A stretch of DNA of 64,000 nt from NCBI GenBank assembly GCA_021815445.1, contig JAKAGM010000002.1, positions 95,511 through 159,510 of the forward strand, read 5' to 3'. This DNA comes from a bacterium. Lineage in GTDB: Bacteria; Patescibacteriota; Patescibacteriia; UBA10025. The translations under genes were made by a program, and so were the position numbers. This document shows, in pieces, positions 38,573 to 49,371 of the stretch (position 1 is its first letter; the number at the start of each line of letters is the position of its first letter). The notes under the pieces are model-generated. The model was not told the origin of the DNA and ran no database searches. It saw only the letters and a list, made by a program, of their open reading frames with translations.

Positions 38573-39445
38573 TTACAAGTCATCCTCAGCGGCCGCTACA
38601 GCTTCTTTCTGTACCGGCAGTGTGCCGCCTGAATAGTGCTGGATGAGCAGAAGGTACACGTTTGTGCCAATACCGAGTTTTCTCGCAGTTGCATAGGCCT
38701 TTTCAGGATCGAATTCGGCAAACAGTTCCGGCTCCGTGCATCCTTTTGCCCGGCATGCCGCGGCGATCATCCTCTCAGCATCCCGTGACAGAATGATTCC
38801 CGGGGGTCTCTGGTCCCGTGTTAGCACATCGCAATCCGTGTTGACAGGATCGGGCAGATTATTCGGCTGGTCTGCCGACGGCTCCGCCGGCTGAGGTGCG
38901 GAAGGATGGAGAAAACCATTCAGTTCGACGCTAGGAATCAATGTCTGGGAAAGCTGTTCGAGATGAGCAAGCATCCACTCGCGGAGCTCATCCACTGGAG
39001 CGTTGACCGCTTCAGCGACATTATCCCATAGCTTTGTTTTCTGCCACGCATTCGCGATTGCTTGAATGATAGTTCCCAGTGCGCTGGTGGTCAGCCGGAC
39101 TTGTGATCCGGGCTTCGGCGGTGCGGGAGGAGTCGGTTGCCTCCTCCCGCTCTTTCCTTGCCCGCGTTGGCGCTTGCGAGCCGCCGGCTGGGCAAGTTCG
39201 GCGATACCATACCAGGTCATCCATCGGCGAAGACGGTCAGCATCAATGTCCCAACTCGATGCAAGCGCATCGGCTGGAACCCGTTGGTCGTGAAGTCGCT
39301 GGCGAAGAAGATCCGCCATGTTGCCGGGACAGCCGAAGAAATCTTCGAAACGTCGGATTGCCTCCAAATCTTCCCGGGACGGAATACCCCCCAACGCGCG
39401 CCAGGACCCTCCCGGACTGCGTGCGTTTGTGAAAAACACGATCAC
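38573..39445 (-). CDS. hypothetical protein (GC-rich, Pro/Ala-rich middle)
   Basis: High-GC ORF pair 38573-40128 contrasts with flanks. Confidence 0.4.
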   Translation of the reverse strand: MIVFFTNARSPGGSWRALGGIPSREDLEAIRRFEDFFGCPGNMADLLRQRLHDQRVPADALASSWDIDADRLRRWMTWYGIAELAQPAARKRQRGQGKSGRRQPTPPAPPKPGSQVRLTTSALGTIIQAIANAWQKTKLWDNVAEAVNAPVDELREWMLAHLEQLSQTLIPSVELNGFLHPSAPQPAEPSADQPNNLPDPVNTDCDVLTRDQRPPGIILSRDAERMIAAACRAKGCTEPELFAEFDPEKAYATARKLGIGTNVYLLLIQHYSGGTLPVQKEAVAAAEDDL

Positions 39446-40128
39446 CTCCCGCGCTTCGGTTTCTCGATGGCTTCCCTCAGAGCTCTCATGATGTACGTCA
39501 GGTTGCCTGGGGTTACGGCAATTCCATACTTTGTCTTGACCGCCCTTGCAAGCTCTTGGATTGATCCGACATCAGGATCGCTCTTGACTTCAGAAAGAAC
39601 TTCAAGGGCCAGCTGCTTGTCCCCCTTCCCTGTGGCCTCGATGATCCGTGAAGCAATAGATCCTTTGCGCCGTCCGTCCGTCTGGTCACCTGTGGTAGCA
39701 CTTTTCTTTGGGCGGCCGCCACGGCGCTTTGTGTTTGTGGCAGGTGTCGCGTCCGTGTCCGTCGATGGCGGGTGCTGGTCGGTCGAATCGGTGTCCGAAC
39801 TGTAGTCGATAGGCACACCCCACTGCGATGCCTGGTTTTCCAAGAAACGGAAGACGCTCATCGCGGCTGCAATTCCTTCATTGCCGGTCAGACCAGCCAT
39901 CACCGGAAGGTGATGGATGACTGTGGGCAGGGTGATTTTCCCGTCGCGACCGCTGGCCGAGGCAAGCTGCAGGAGCTCGCCGGGGTTTTGACTGAAGAAC
40001 CCAGCATTGTCGAACGTTGTACCACCAGCCGCAAACAGCGCTCGCAGTGTTGATACGAACGTTGTTTCGGCCACCGGTTGCTTTTTCTTCCCTCGTGGCA
40101 TGTAAACAAACCTCCTCTCCCTAGCCAA
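39442..40128 (-). CDS. hypothetical protein with AT-hook-like KRRGGRPKK segment
   Basis: Stop/start overlap with previous gene; possible C-terminal HTH. Confidence 0.4.
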   Translation of the reverse strand: MARERRFVYMPRGKKKQPVAETTFVSTLRALFAAGGTTFDNAGFFSQNPGELLQLASASGRDGKITLPTVIHHLPVMAGLTGNEGIAAAMSVFRFLENQASQWGVPIDYSSDTDSTDQHPPSTDTDATPATNTKRRGGRPKKSATTGDQTDGRRKGSIASRIIEATGKGDKQLALEVLSEVKSDPDVGSIQELARAVKTKYGIAVTPGNLTYIMRALREAIEKPKRGR

Positions 40129-40380
40129 GCTAGGATGAATTGTGAAGTGAACGGTTATTCCCTTGTGTTTTTGATGTTGACCCCCGTTGGATAGTTTCTT
40201 ACGAGAGCGGACGATTACCTTACTAAAAAGAGGGGCTTAAGTCAATAATGCGCGCATTTGTCTTCTGTCGTCAGGCATGTTCGGTGTCGCAAATCCACAG
40301 AAAAAACTAGTTGCCGTGCCGACGGACACGTTCGTCGCGTTACCCCAACAAGTTGCCGTCAAACTGCTATACTATAGCCA

Positions 40381-41312
40381 TGAAAACAGTTCTCATCACC
40401 GGAACGTTCGATTTTTTACACCCGGGGCATCTGTGGTTTTTTAGGCAGGCCAGACGTTATGGAGACCGTCTTGCCGTCATTGTCGCAAAGGATATAACAG
40501 TCAAAAGAGTCAAAGGCCGTATGCCATTTCATAAAGAGCGGGAGCGGCTCGCCATGGTCAAGAACGTCGGCTTCGTCGACGACGCCGTACTCGGGAGAGC
40601 GGGCGACAAGTACACTATTGTGGAAAAAATTAATCCCGATGTCATTTGCCTGGGATATGACCAGCTGGCATTTACTCAAAATCTTGCCAAGGAGTTTAAA
40701 GAACGCGGACTCACTGTTCGGGTCGTCCGGTTGAAGGCATATAAACCACAACAGTACAAAAGCTCAATTTTCCGTGCCGCGAACTTGATTGATGTCCACA
40801 CGTTAGACCCGACATTACACATCGACCTGCCCTATGCCACGACGCGGAATTTTACGAAAAGAAAACTTTACTTTCACGCGCGGGCATTTCTCCGGTACGA
40901 TGTCGCTAAGCGACTCCTCCGCGTTCACAAGCTTCTCAAACGCCGCGGGTACCATATAAAAATCTGGGACGCGTACCGGCCGCTTGCAGTGCAAAAAATC
41001 CTGTGGAAGGTGAAGCCTGACGCCCGGTATGTCATACCCCCCCGGATTGGTTCGCCTCACAATAGGGGTGCGGCGATAGACTGCACGCTTATCGACCGAC
41101 GGGGCAAGGAGCTTGATATGCCTACCGGGTACGACGAGTTCAGCACCCGTGCCCACCGGATGTCGACACACATGACAAAGATTCAGCATACAAACATGTT
41201 GATACTCGAACGGGCCATGCGAAGCTCAGGCTTTATTCCTCTACCCACAGAGTGGTGGCACTTTTCAGCTCCCGGCTGGAAAGAATTGCCGCTCTTGGAT
41301 ATCCCGTTGTAG
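40381..41312 (+). CDS. fusion protein: N-terminal cytidylyltransferase-like (HxGH) domain plus C-terminal VanX-like D-Ala-D-Ala dipeptidase (peptidase M15D)
   Basis: GTFDFLHPGH nucleotidyltransferase motif; SPHNRGAAIDCTL and EWWHF zinc-binding motifs of VanX/M15. Confidence 0.65.
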
Positions 41313-41371
41313 CCCTGTTAGCCGTACCCCTTGCCATGATTCAAAGCTTTTGCTAGACTGCACCCAACACT

Positions 41372-41632
41372 ATGCCAACAACCAAATCTTCAGCGAAACA
41401 CTTGCGGCAGACCAAATGGAGGACCGCTCACAACCAAAAGATTCTCAATGAGATCAAATCGTTGCTCAAAAAGAGCCGTCTCCTCATCGTGGCAAAGAAA
41501 AAAGACGAAGCACAGGCAAACACCGCGCTCCTGATTAAAGCCGTCGACAGAGCGAGCCGGAAAAACGTCATCACCAAAAACAAAGCAGCCCGTATCAAGT
41601 CTCGGATCATACTCCAGCTCAATAAGCTCTAG
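41372..41632 (+). CDS. rpsT: 30S ribosomal protein S20
   Basis: Basic 86-aa protein, KSAKK...IKNKAARIKSR pattern typical of S20. Confidence 0.85.
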   Translation: MPTTKSSAKHLRQTKWRTAHNQKILNEIKSLLKKSRLLIVAKKKDEAQANTALLIKAVDRASRKNVITKNKAARIKSRIILQLNKL

Positions 41633-42663
41633 ACGCAGACGCTTGCGGCAAAAAGATCGAAGAGGAGCCCGGGGTTCCCCTGCGATGTTTTCAGTTTCCG
41701 GTCCAAAATGACCAGCTGTTGAAATACTTCTCTGAGCTCATCAGAGGTAAATTTTTTCGCTTGCCTCATGAGCTGCTGCGCGATAAACGGCGGGAGTCTC
41801 AACCGCGCGGCAACCGTCGCGGGATGAGGTTCCTGCTCAATAATGTTATGCGTCTGAACCAAAAGCCTGCATTGCCGTATAAGCATGGTGAGGATATAGA
41901 GTTCATTGAGTCCGTTAGCCAACAGCTCGCCAAAAAGACGAAGCGTTTCCCGAAGGTTCCGGTCTGCCAAAGCATCCGTGAGGTGGAAGATATTGTCATC
42001 GAACGACGTGAGGACAAGCTTGCGGACGTCATCAGTCGTGGCCGGCTTAGGGTAGCTGTACGCGACGAGCTTGGCGACTTCATGCGTGATCTGCCACGTG
42101 TCCGAACCGGCACGGTTAATAAGCTCATCCACGGCTGCTTCCTGCAGGGATCCGTGCAACTCTCGCGCTCTGTCGCGGATGAACTTCTTAAGCTCTCCGC
42201 CGGTCAATAAGGCAAAAGACTCCGCATGCTCACCTTCACCCAGCATCTTAAGGAGGGGTTTGGGCGACTTTTTCTCAGCAGTTTTTTTCTTTGCAGGTTT
42301 ACGGAGCCGCTTCCGTGATTCGCTTAGCACATCAGCCTCCCAAAAAATAAGGATGTTATTGTCCTTCCAGTCTTTGCTTCCCAGGTAGTCGACTATTTCC
42401 TGCTGGATGTCTTTTCGCTTGTTTTTGCCGATTATCTGCTCGACGACAATCATCCGTTTGGGCGCCAGGAAACCGGAGGCTCCGACAGCTCTGCGAAACT
42501 CTTCAAACGACAGCTTTTCACCGTCGAGCACGAGGGTATTCATGTTCGAAGGGTCAAACTTTGTATGGTACGCTTCCTTGAGCTGATGGAGGCGTTCCCG
42601 GGATCGGTAGGTGTCCGGGCCGTAAAGAAAGATGATCATAAGAGGATTGACAACATACATCAT
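41629..42663 (-). CDS. holA: DNA polymerase III delta subunit
   Basis: IFLYGPDTYRSRE N-terminal signature and length (about 340 aa). Confidence 0.7.
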   Translation of the reverse strand: MMYVVNPLMIIFLYGPDTYRSRERLHQLKEAYHTKFDPSNMNTLVLDGEKLSFEEFRRAVGASGFLAPKRMIVVEQIIGKNKRKDIQQEIVDYLGSKDWKDNNILIFWEADVLSESRKRLRKPAKKKTAEKKSPKPLLKMLGEGEHAESFALLTGGELKKFIRDRARELHGSLQEAAVDELINRAGSDTWQITHEVAKLVAYSYPKPATTDDVRKLVLTSFDDNIFHLTDALADRNLRETLRLFGELLANGLNELYILTMLIRQCRLLVQTHNIIEQEPHPATVAARLRLPPFIAQQLMRQAKKFTSDELREVFQQLVILDRKLKTSQGNPGLLFDLFAASVCV

Positions 42664-42740
42664 AGCATGTACATTGCAGTATCAAAACAACGATAAAGAT
42701 TGTTCACCACAACCTGCGCATATGCGCGTAAAAGGAGGCA

Positions 42741-43473
42741 AATGCCCGAGACACAGTCGCTCATTATAAGGACTATCAGCCAGTTACTGGCCGAGAAGCC
42801 ATGGGTTCGTGCAAGTCTTGTAGAACCCATGCCTCTTGAAGTGCGGATCAAGGGGATCCTGATCCTTGAAAATATCACCTTGACCCATCTCCGTATTGTG
42901 GCCTCAGTCTGGCTGTTTGAACACCTTGGGGAAAGGCATCCAACCGCGGCTGACATTGTTGACCTCTTGTCAGATATCGACGAATTCAGATGGCCGAGCG
43001 AGCGGACTGAACACATCACTGAGCTCCAGACGCGCATCGAGATCATGACAACCAAAAGACACACTCTGGAGCAATCAGGAAACGGCGGCCTGATGCTGAA
43101 CCATTACATCAGGAACGCAGTTGACCGGACACCTGATCAGATCAGGGAGGTGCTCAATAAGTTTAACAGGGGCACATTGCCGGATCAGCCTTTGAGTCCC
43201 GGCAAAGCGATCACCCGCGTGCGAGAAATCCTTGAATCACTCCCTCATATGACCGAGAGAGTACAGATCGGCGTGGCAGCGTGGCTGTACAGGCAAGTGA
43301 GCGGCATGTGGCCGACACGTGAACCGCTTCTGGACATCTTTGCCGTCGGGAAAGGTAAGATTTCTATACGTGCCAAGACGGTGGATGATCTCCTTGAATT
43401 CGGCACGCTGCGTATGCGCAATATTAACCAAATTGCGCTTTCTCGCGCGATTGATCCGACTCGTGAGCCATAA
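42741..43473 (+). CDS. hypothetical protein (244 aa)
   Basis: AAGGAGG RBS 5 nt before ATG; the overlapping minus ORF 42660-43064 is judged spurious. Confidence 0.45.
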
Positions 43474-43499
43474 GTTATTTCCACGAGTCTTTTTTTATT

Positions 43500-46311
43500 C
43501 TATTTCATTTCTTCCATCTCTCCCCAGTTTTTTCCTACAGCTACTTCAGTTTCAATAGGAACCTTCAGTTTATACACCGTATCCATAGTCTCCGCGACAA
43601 ACCGGGCGACTTTTTTCGCATCAGCATCGGGGACTTCGAGGACAAGCTCGTCGTGCACCTGGAGAAGCAAGCGACTTTTTGGGCTGACGTTCGACAGTTT
43701 ATGAAATACCTCCATCATCGCCAGCTTCATAATATCCGCGGCCGTTCCCTGCACGGGCATGTTGATCGCCATGCGCTCAGCCTGCGCGCGTACCTGCGGC
43801 ATTGAAGAGTTGATTTCCGGCAAATATCTCCGGCGCCCCAGCAACGTTTCCACATACCCGATCTTATGCGCCAGCGCTTTTGTCGAATCGACGTATTCTT
43901 TTATCCAATGGTGGACGGCGAAATACTTGTCGATAAACTCCCGCGCGTGTTCTCGGGTAATGCCCTTCCGCGAAGCCAGGCCTATGACGCCCATGCCGTA
44001 GAGCACGCCGAAGTTCACTTCCTTCGCCGCGTACCGTTGTTCCTTGGTCACTTCGTCGAGCGGTATCTCGTACACGTCAGCGGCGGTACGTTTATGAATG
44101 TCTTCGCCTTTTTGGAAAGACTCGATCATTTTCTCGTCGTTTGCCAGGCTGGCGACAATACGCAGTTCAATCTGGGAATAATCGGCGGAGATAAGCGTAA
44201 AGCCACGTTCAGCGATAAACGCTTTTCTGATTTCGTTTCCCAGCTCGGTTCTGATAGGAATGTTTTGGAGGTTAGGGTCGGACGAGGAAAGCCTGCCCGT
44301 AGCCGCCACAGTCTGGTTGAACGACGTGTGGACGCGGTCGGTCTTTTTGTTCACCAGCTTCGGTAACGCCTCGGCGTAGGTCGATTGCAGTTTAGAAAGT
44401 TCCCGATACTCCATGAGCGGTTCGATAATAGGATGCTGGCCGGCAAGCTTTTCAAGTTCGCTTGCAGCCGTCGAAAGTCCTGTCTTTGTCCGCTTGATTT
44501 TCATGTCAACGCCCACTTGCAAATCTTCAAAGAGCACCTCCTTGAGCTGGAGAGGGGAGTTGATGTTAAATTCTTTTCCCGCGTGTTTGTAAATCTCCGC
44601 TGTCAGCTTTGTGAGCCGCTCCGCAAGTTTTTTCTTTAATACATCGAGAAATGGCACGTCAATTTTTATGCCCGCTAATTCCATGTCGGTGAGCACAGGC
44701 ACGAGCGGCATTTCAATCTTCTCAAAAAGCCCGGCCATGTTGTTTTTCACCAGCATTTTCGACAGTTTTTCGTAAATGCGGTAGGTGTAATCGGCGTCCT
44801 CGCAGGAATACCACGAAAGCTTGTCTTGGGGCACTCTGTCCATCGTAATCTGTTTTTTCCCCACGCCGATCAGCGCCGTCGTCGGAATCATCTGATGGCC
44901 GAATTCCTGGAAAGCCAGCGAATCGAGATTGTGTTGTCGCGTGCCGGGGTTGAGCACGTAAGAGGCGATCATGGTGTCGAAAGAAATAGGGTTCACTTCA
45001 ATTCCGGCAAGTTTCAAAATCTGCACGTCATACTTCAAATTGTGTCCGATCTTTTTCACCCCCTGGTCTTCAAGCACCTGTCTGATCTTAGCAAACGTTT
45101 TTTTGTCATCAATGACGGGTAGTCCTACGTACCAAGCCTGTTCACCTCTCCATGAAAAGCTGATCCCAAGCAATCGAGCGTCGTGCGGCTCCAAGCTGGT
45201 CGTCTCAGTATCGATGACTATTTCTTTCTGCTTTTTTAACTCTTTGTAAAAAGTGTCAAACTTCTCATCGGTATCAACAAGCGTGTATTCAACATCCTCA
45301 TCCTGAGGTATCTCGAATTTCGGCAAGGGTTTCCTCGCGGTAATCTTCTCGTATACCGGTTCGTCTGTCGGTGCGTCTGTTGAACTGGTTTGGGAATCCT
45401 CTTTGGTGAAGATAGTGCTCTGTTGGGAAGGCAGCCGGCTTAGGAGTGTCTTGAACTCAAGTTTTTGGAAAAGGGAGAACACCTTATCATGATCATACGG
45501 CTGTGCCGCTGTATCTTCGAGAGCAAAGTTCACCGGCGCATCAAACACGATAGTCGCCAGCTTCTTGCTCATGAATGCATTTTTCTTGTCCTTTGAAAGT
45601 TTTTCCTTCACCCCGCTCTTCAGCTTTTCAGCTCTTGGGCTATTCCGCTCTAATTCCTCATACAGCGTTTCAATATCGCCAAACTCTTTAAGTAATTCAG
45701 TGGCCGTCTTTTCACCGACGCCCTTGACGCCCGGAATGTTGTCAGATGCGTCGCCGGCAAGCGCTTTGTAATCGATAATTTGTTTCGGGGTAAGCCCGTA
45801 GCGTTCTTTAACAGCTGCGGAATCATATACCACAGTATCACTCATACCTTTTCGCAGTGTGAACACTTTAATGTGGTCGTCTATGAGTTGGAGCGCATCC
45901 ATGTCTCCTGTTGCTATAATCACGTTCGCTTTATCCTCGGTCTGTTTTGCCATCGTGCCGATCACGTCGTCAGCCTCATACCCGTCTTTTTCAAAAACAG
46001 GTATACGAAAGGCATCGAGCACATCGTGCGCGAGCGGTATCTGGTCGTAAAATTCCTGCGGCGCTTTGACTCGCGTCGCCTTGTATTCCTTGTACTGTTC
46101 GTGCCGGAATGTCGGGCCTTTCTTGTCAAATGCGACTGCCACATAGCTGGGCTTGAATTCTTTCAACGCCTTAAGAAGCGTCGTGATGAATCCATATACG
46201 GCGTTGACCAGCGTTCCGTCTTTCGTCTGCAACGGCGGCAGAGCGTGGAACGACCGGTGCAGAATCGCATTCGCATCGAGTATCAGGAATGTTTTGTTCT
46301 TTTGTGGCATA
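43500..46311 (-). CDS. polA: DNA polymerase I
   Basis: 5' nuclease (FLILDANAILHRSFHA), 3'-5' exo and polymerase motifs (DYSQIELRI, QVHDELVLE); start set at MPQKNKTF. Confidence 0.9.
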
Positions 46312-46440
46312 GGGCACAGGGTATTGTAACATGGGCAGCAGTACAGTAGAAGCTTGACAAGAAGATGTATAAGTATGTATTCTATCCTATCAAAACAAAC
46401 CCAGTTGTCTCGAAAACCCCGTTTCATGAGGAGGTAACGA

Positions 46441-46737
46441 ATGATCGCAATCATTGACCCGTCGACAGGTAAGCCAACGAGACTACGTCCGGGTGACGTG
46501 ATTGAAGTCCGTCAAGGCGGTGGGACTGTCTCAATCAAGCGTGGCGGCGTTCCCTTACACTTCAAGCCGTCTCGCGGGAGTGCTGTCAAGGGCATCGCTC
46601 CCACAGAGATTGCTATCTCATTGTCGGGGTACTTGATGGAGCATGGTCTTATCGAGCTGATTGCCTGTCTCACAGGCAAGCCTGGCGAAGGTCGAGTCAG
46701 AGAATGCACGCGTACCTATCGGGCTACCGTTGGTTGA
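46441..46737 (+). CDS. hypothetical small protein (98 aa)
   Basis: Strong RBS tgaggaggtaacgaATG. Confidence 0.45.
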   Translation: MIAIIDPSTGKPTRLRPGDVIEVRQGGGTVSIKRGGVPLHFKPSRGSAVKGIAPTEIAISLSGYLMEHGLIELIACLTGKPGEGRVRECTRTYRATVG

Positions 46738-46832
46738 TCTCAGCACGTTTTACCTAGTTCCGAAGCCGGACATATCACGTTCGGCCTCGTTTTCTTTTTG
46801 GTTGAAACTTTGCTTTCCCCACGCCGAGCAGG

Positions 46833-46882
46833 TGGGATTCTGAATCCCGCTGCGATTTCATTTACCGGATTCTGAATCCGGC
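46833..46882 (+). repeat. REP-like palindromic doublet A: GGGATTCTGAATCCC - 17 nt - CCGGATTCTGAATCCGG
   Basis: Same architecture as doublet B at 49026-49073; solo unit at 15711. Confidence 0.6.
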
Positions 46883-46940
46883 CTCAGCGGTTTGGTTTGA
46901 TATTTAGAGGGTAAGTAGATAAGATAGTAAAGCCATAACT

Positions 46941-47684
46941 ATGAAACTTAAGGAAACCTTCAGAACCATCCCTCAGCACTACGACAGGTCGCGGATCGGG
47001 TATCCACTTGCTGTATTCAGTGATGTCATCTCCTATGCATGGTTACAAAAGACCGATCCGATCCTCGAAGTAGGCGCCGGCACCGGAATTGCCACGGTTC
47101 CATTTGCCCGCACGGGCAACCCGCTCATTGTCAACGACCTGAGCCGGTCATTACTCAGTGTCGCAAAGAAAAAATTAAAACACTACCACAACGTGCAATA
47201 CGCCGTCGGACAATATGAGGACGCTCGGCTTCCAAAGAATTATTTCGCGCTCATCACCTCGGCTCAAGCATTTCACTGGATAAAACCAAGCATACGATTT
47301 ACGAGAACCCTTCAGCTGCTCAAAAAAGGCGGGGTAGTAGCATTGTTTTGGAACTTTAGCTATTACAATAAAGGCGTGGGAAGGATGGCCATGCGACTCC
47401 ACAAGAAATATGCCCGTTCGCAAGACGGCAAAGCAAACATCATCATCGACCAGCTGAAACGGAATCGCCATTTTACCGGCGCTGTCCTGAAAATATATCG
47501 CCGGAACCTGCACATGACAAAGCAAGAATACATCAACATGCAGACGTCGTTCTCCTGGTATTTAGCGTTATCCGAAACACGAAAACGGCAAGCGCTTGCG
47601 GAACTGAAAGACGGGCTCAAAAGATTTCCTGATCGAATGCCGATGCCCATCAAAACCAAACTTATTCTCGCGAGGAAAAAATGA
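46941..47684 (+). CDS. class I SAM-dependent methyltransferase
   Basis: ILEVGAGTGIATVPFA motif I. Confidence 0.7.
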   Translation: MKLKETFRTIPQHYDRSRIGYPLAVFSDVISYAWLQKTDPILEVGAGTGIATVPFARTGNPLIVNDLSRSLLSVAKKKLKHYHNVQYAVGQYEDARLPKNYFALITSAQAFHWIKPSIRFTRTLQLLKKGGVVALFWNFSYYNKGVGRMAMRLHKKYARSQDGKANIIIDQLKRNRHFTGAVLKIYRRNLHMTKQEYINMQTSFSWYLALSETRKRQALAELKDGLKRFPDRMPMPIKTKLILARKK

Positions 47685-47729
47685 CCACACCAACTATCGA
47701 GTCACTCCAAAAAGCAATAATTTCTTTTG

Positions 47730-47810
47730 GATAAGAAAAAGCCCCACTCCAGAATTGCTTGGAGAGGGCCCGGCTGGCTATTTGATTCGCCGCGTATCTC
47801 AAGCCGGTTT
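47730..47810 (-). repeat. about 80-nt repeated 3'-UTR/terminator module (copy 1) behind membrane-protein gene
   Basis: About 85% identical to 48270-48350; hairpin ctcca..tggag then gggctttttc on minus strand. Confidence 0.5.
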
Positions 47811-48269
47811 TGTGCGACTTCTCTGGTACTCGATGCCAAGGCGATGGGCCGATTCCGCAATCATCAGACACCCGGCGGTAGCCCGCAGATGGTCGGTCCC
47901 TCTGCGGAAGTTTTCTGCGGCCATCACCAGTACGACGGCGACCAAGATGACTGTCACGCCGAAGGTGATCATGAATGGAAACGCGAAGGCATCCCAGTCG
48001 ACACCGAATGACCTCAGCCAGAATGCCGATACGTCCTGTTTCAGTCCGGTCGTTTCAACCATGAGTAGCGAGATAAGCATCGACGCGCATGTCACCACAA
48101 ACCCAATCGAGATGCGATTGATACGCCGAGACCAACGCTCATTGAACGCCAACCGATCTTCGAGCTTCAGTACATCTGCACTTTTTTGCATATCCATCCT
48201 CCTATGGGTTAGAATGTCACGAACGATTTTCACAGCTACCTTACCTGAGGACAAGTTTGGTGTCAACAA
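47799..48269 (-). CDS. hypothetical membrane protein
   Basis: TM helices; ends inside repeat copy 1. Confidence 0.4.
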   Translation of the reverse strand: MLTPNLSSGKVAVKIVRDILTHRRMDMQKSADVLKLEDRLAFNERWSRRINRISIGFVVTCASMLISLLMVETTGLKQDVSAFWLRSFGVDWDAFAFPFMITFGVTVILVAVVLVMAAENFRRGTDHLRATAGCLMIAESAHRLGIEYQRSRTKPA

Positions 48270-48350
48270 GATAAGAAAAAAGCCCCACTCCAGAATGGCT
48301 TGGAGAGGGCATGGCCGGCTACTTGATCTACCGTGTATTCAGCCGGCAAC
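48270..48350 (-). repeat. repeated 3'-UTR/terminator module (copy 2)
   Basis: See 47730-47810. Confidence 0.5.
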
Positions 48351-48737
48351 TTCGCAGGTCTGTCTTTTGCGCTTGAGGTCGTTCCAGCGATCCGTGATAC
48401 CGTAGTACAAAGCTCCCATTGGGCAGACAACCACGAAGAAGATGAGGGCCCCGACCATGAATGCCGGACTGGCAAGGATAAAAACGACGTCCGTGAGATG
48501 GACGAGCCATGCCCAGCAATTCCGTGGGAGAAACTTCATGCGGATCACCCCGAGATAGCCAGTTGCGATGCAAGACGGGAAATCGCTCGACTCCTCACCT
48601 TCCATGTTGCGCTCCGCTCTCCAGCCAGGCGCGGTAAATTTCGCGAAAAAGGCTGCGACGTAGTGGGCGAGCAGTAGCAGGCCCAGCATGAACAGCAACG
48701 CTATCGTTTGCTGATGAACATACTTACAGCAATCCAT
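48339..48737 (-). CDS. hypothetical membrane protein
   Basis: TM helices; ends inside repeat copy 2. Confidence 0.4.
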   Translation of the reverse strand: MDCCKYVHQQTIALLFMLGLLLLAHYVAAFFAKFTAPGWRAERNMEGEESSDFPSCIATGYLGVIRMKFLPRNCWAWLVHLTDVVFILASPAFMVGALIFFVVVCPMGALYYGITDRWNDLKRKRQTCEVAG

Positions 48738-48804
48738 TGAAAACCTCGCTTGTTGAAGGGTGCAGTGTTACCTCCGTTGTATGTTTTGCGTTACTATGGC
48801 GGGT

Positions 48805-49371
48805 TTATAGGAAACTGTCAAACGCTGACGAATATGGAAAATCCTCCGGGTTGATTACAAAGCCGGCCCGAACTGGGTTGTCGTGGATGTAGTTGAGCTT
48901 TTGCTCGAGGAAACGCTCAGAGTAAATATTTTCAACCCAGTTGTTCGGTTGCCAAACTCTGAACTCTTGTTTTGATGAGTTGAGATAAAATGTATTGAGC
49001 ATAGTTTTTGTCCATTCTGAAGAGGCGGGATTCGGAATCCCGCGGGGTAATTGGTATGCCGGATTCTGAATCCGGCCTTCTCGTTTATCGTATTTTAACT
49101 GCTCGATGATTTGTTTGGCAGTATGTTTTTTGAAATCCCGGAGAATATTCGAGATGAAGTATTTACTCTCAGGCCAGATGATGTAGTGAAGATGGTTTGG
49201 CATTATTACATAGCCAATTACATCAAACTTTTTGCTTTTGGAATAGAAACGCAGATTGTCTAGGATTATTCGACAATATGCATCACTAACAAATATCGGC
49301 ATGTCATGCCAAACCTTCGTTGTCACGAAATACGTATGACCATGAACATTAATTGTCCGCAATCGGGACAT
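48805..49371 (-). mobile_element. RAYT/IS200-like HUH tyrosine transposase gene (copy 1) carrying an in-frame REP-doublet-containing insertion
   Basis: HUH motif VIMPNHLHYII, RVWQ, catalytic-Tyr helix NYIHDNPVRAG, PEDFPYSS. About 38 extra aa relative to copy 2 coincide with palindromes at 49026-49073 that encode GRIQNPA/RGIPNPA. Confidence 0.65.
49026..49073 (+). repeat. REP-like palindromic doublet B (inside RAYT copy 1 coding sequence)
   Basis: GCGGGATTCGGAATCCCGC - 12 nt - CCGGATTCTGAATCCGG. Confidence 0.6.

Noticed and set aside
42660-43064. 134-aa minus-strand ORF
   Set aside because: Overlaps the better-supported plus-strand ORF 42741-43473, which has an AAGGAGG RBS.
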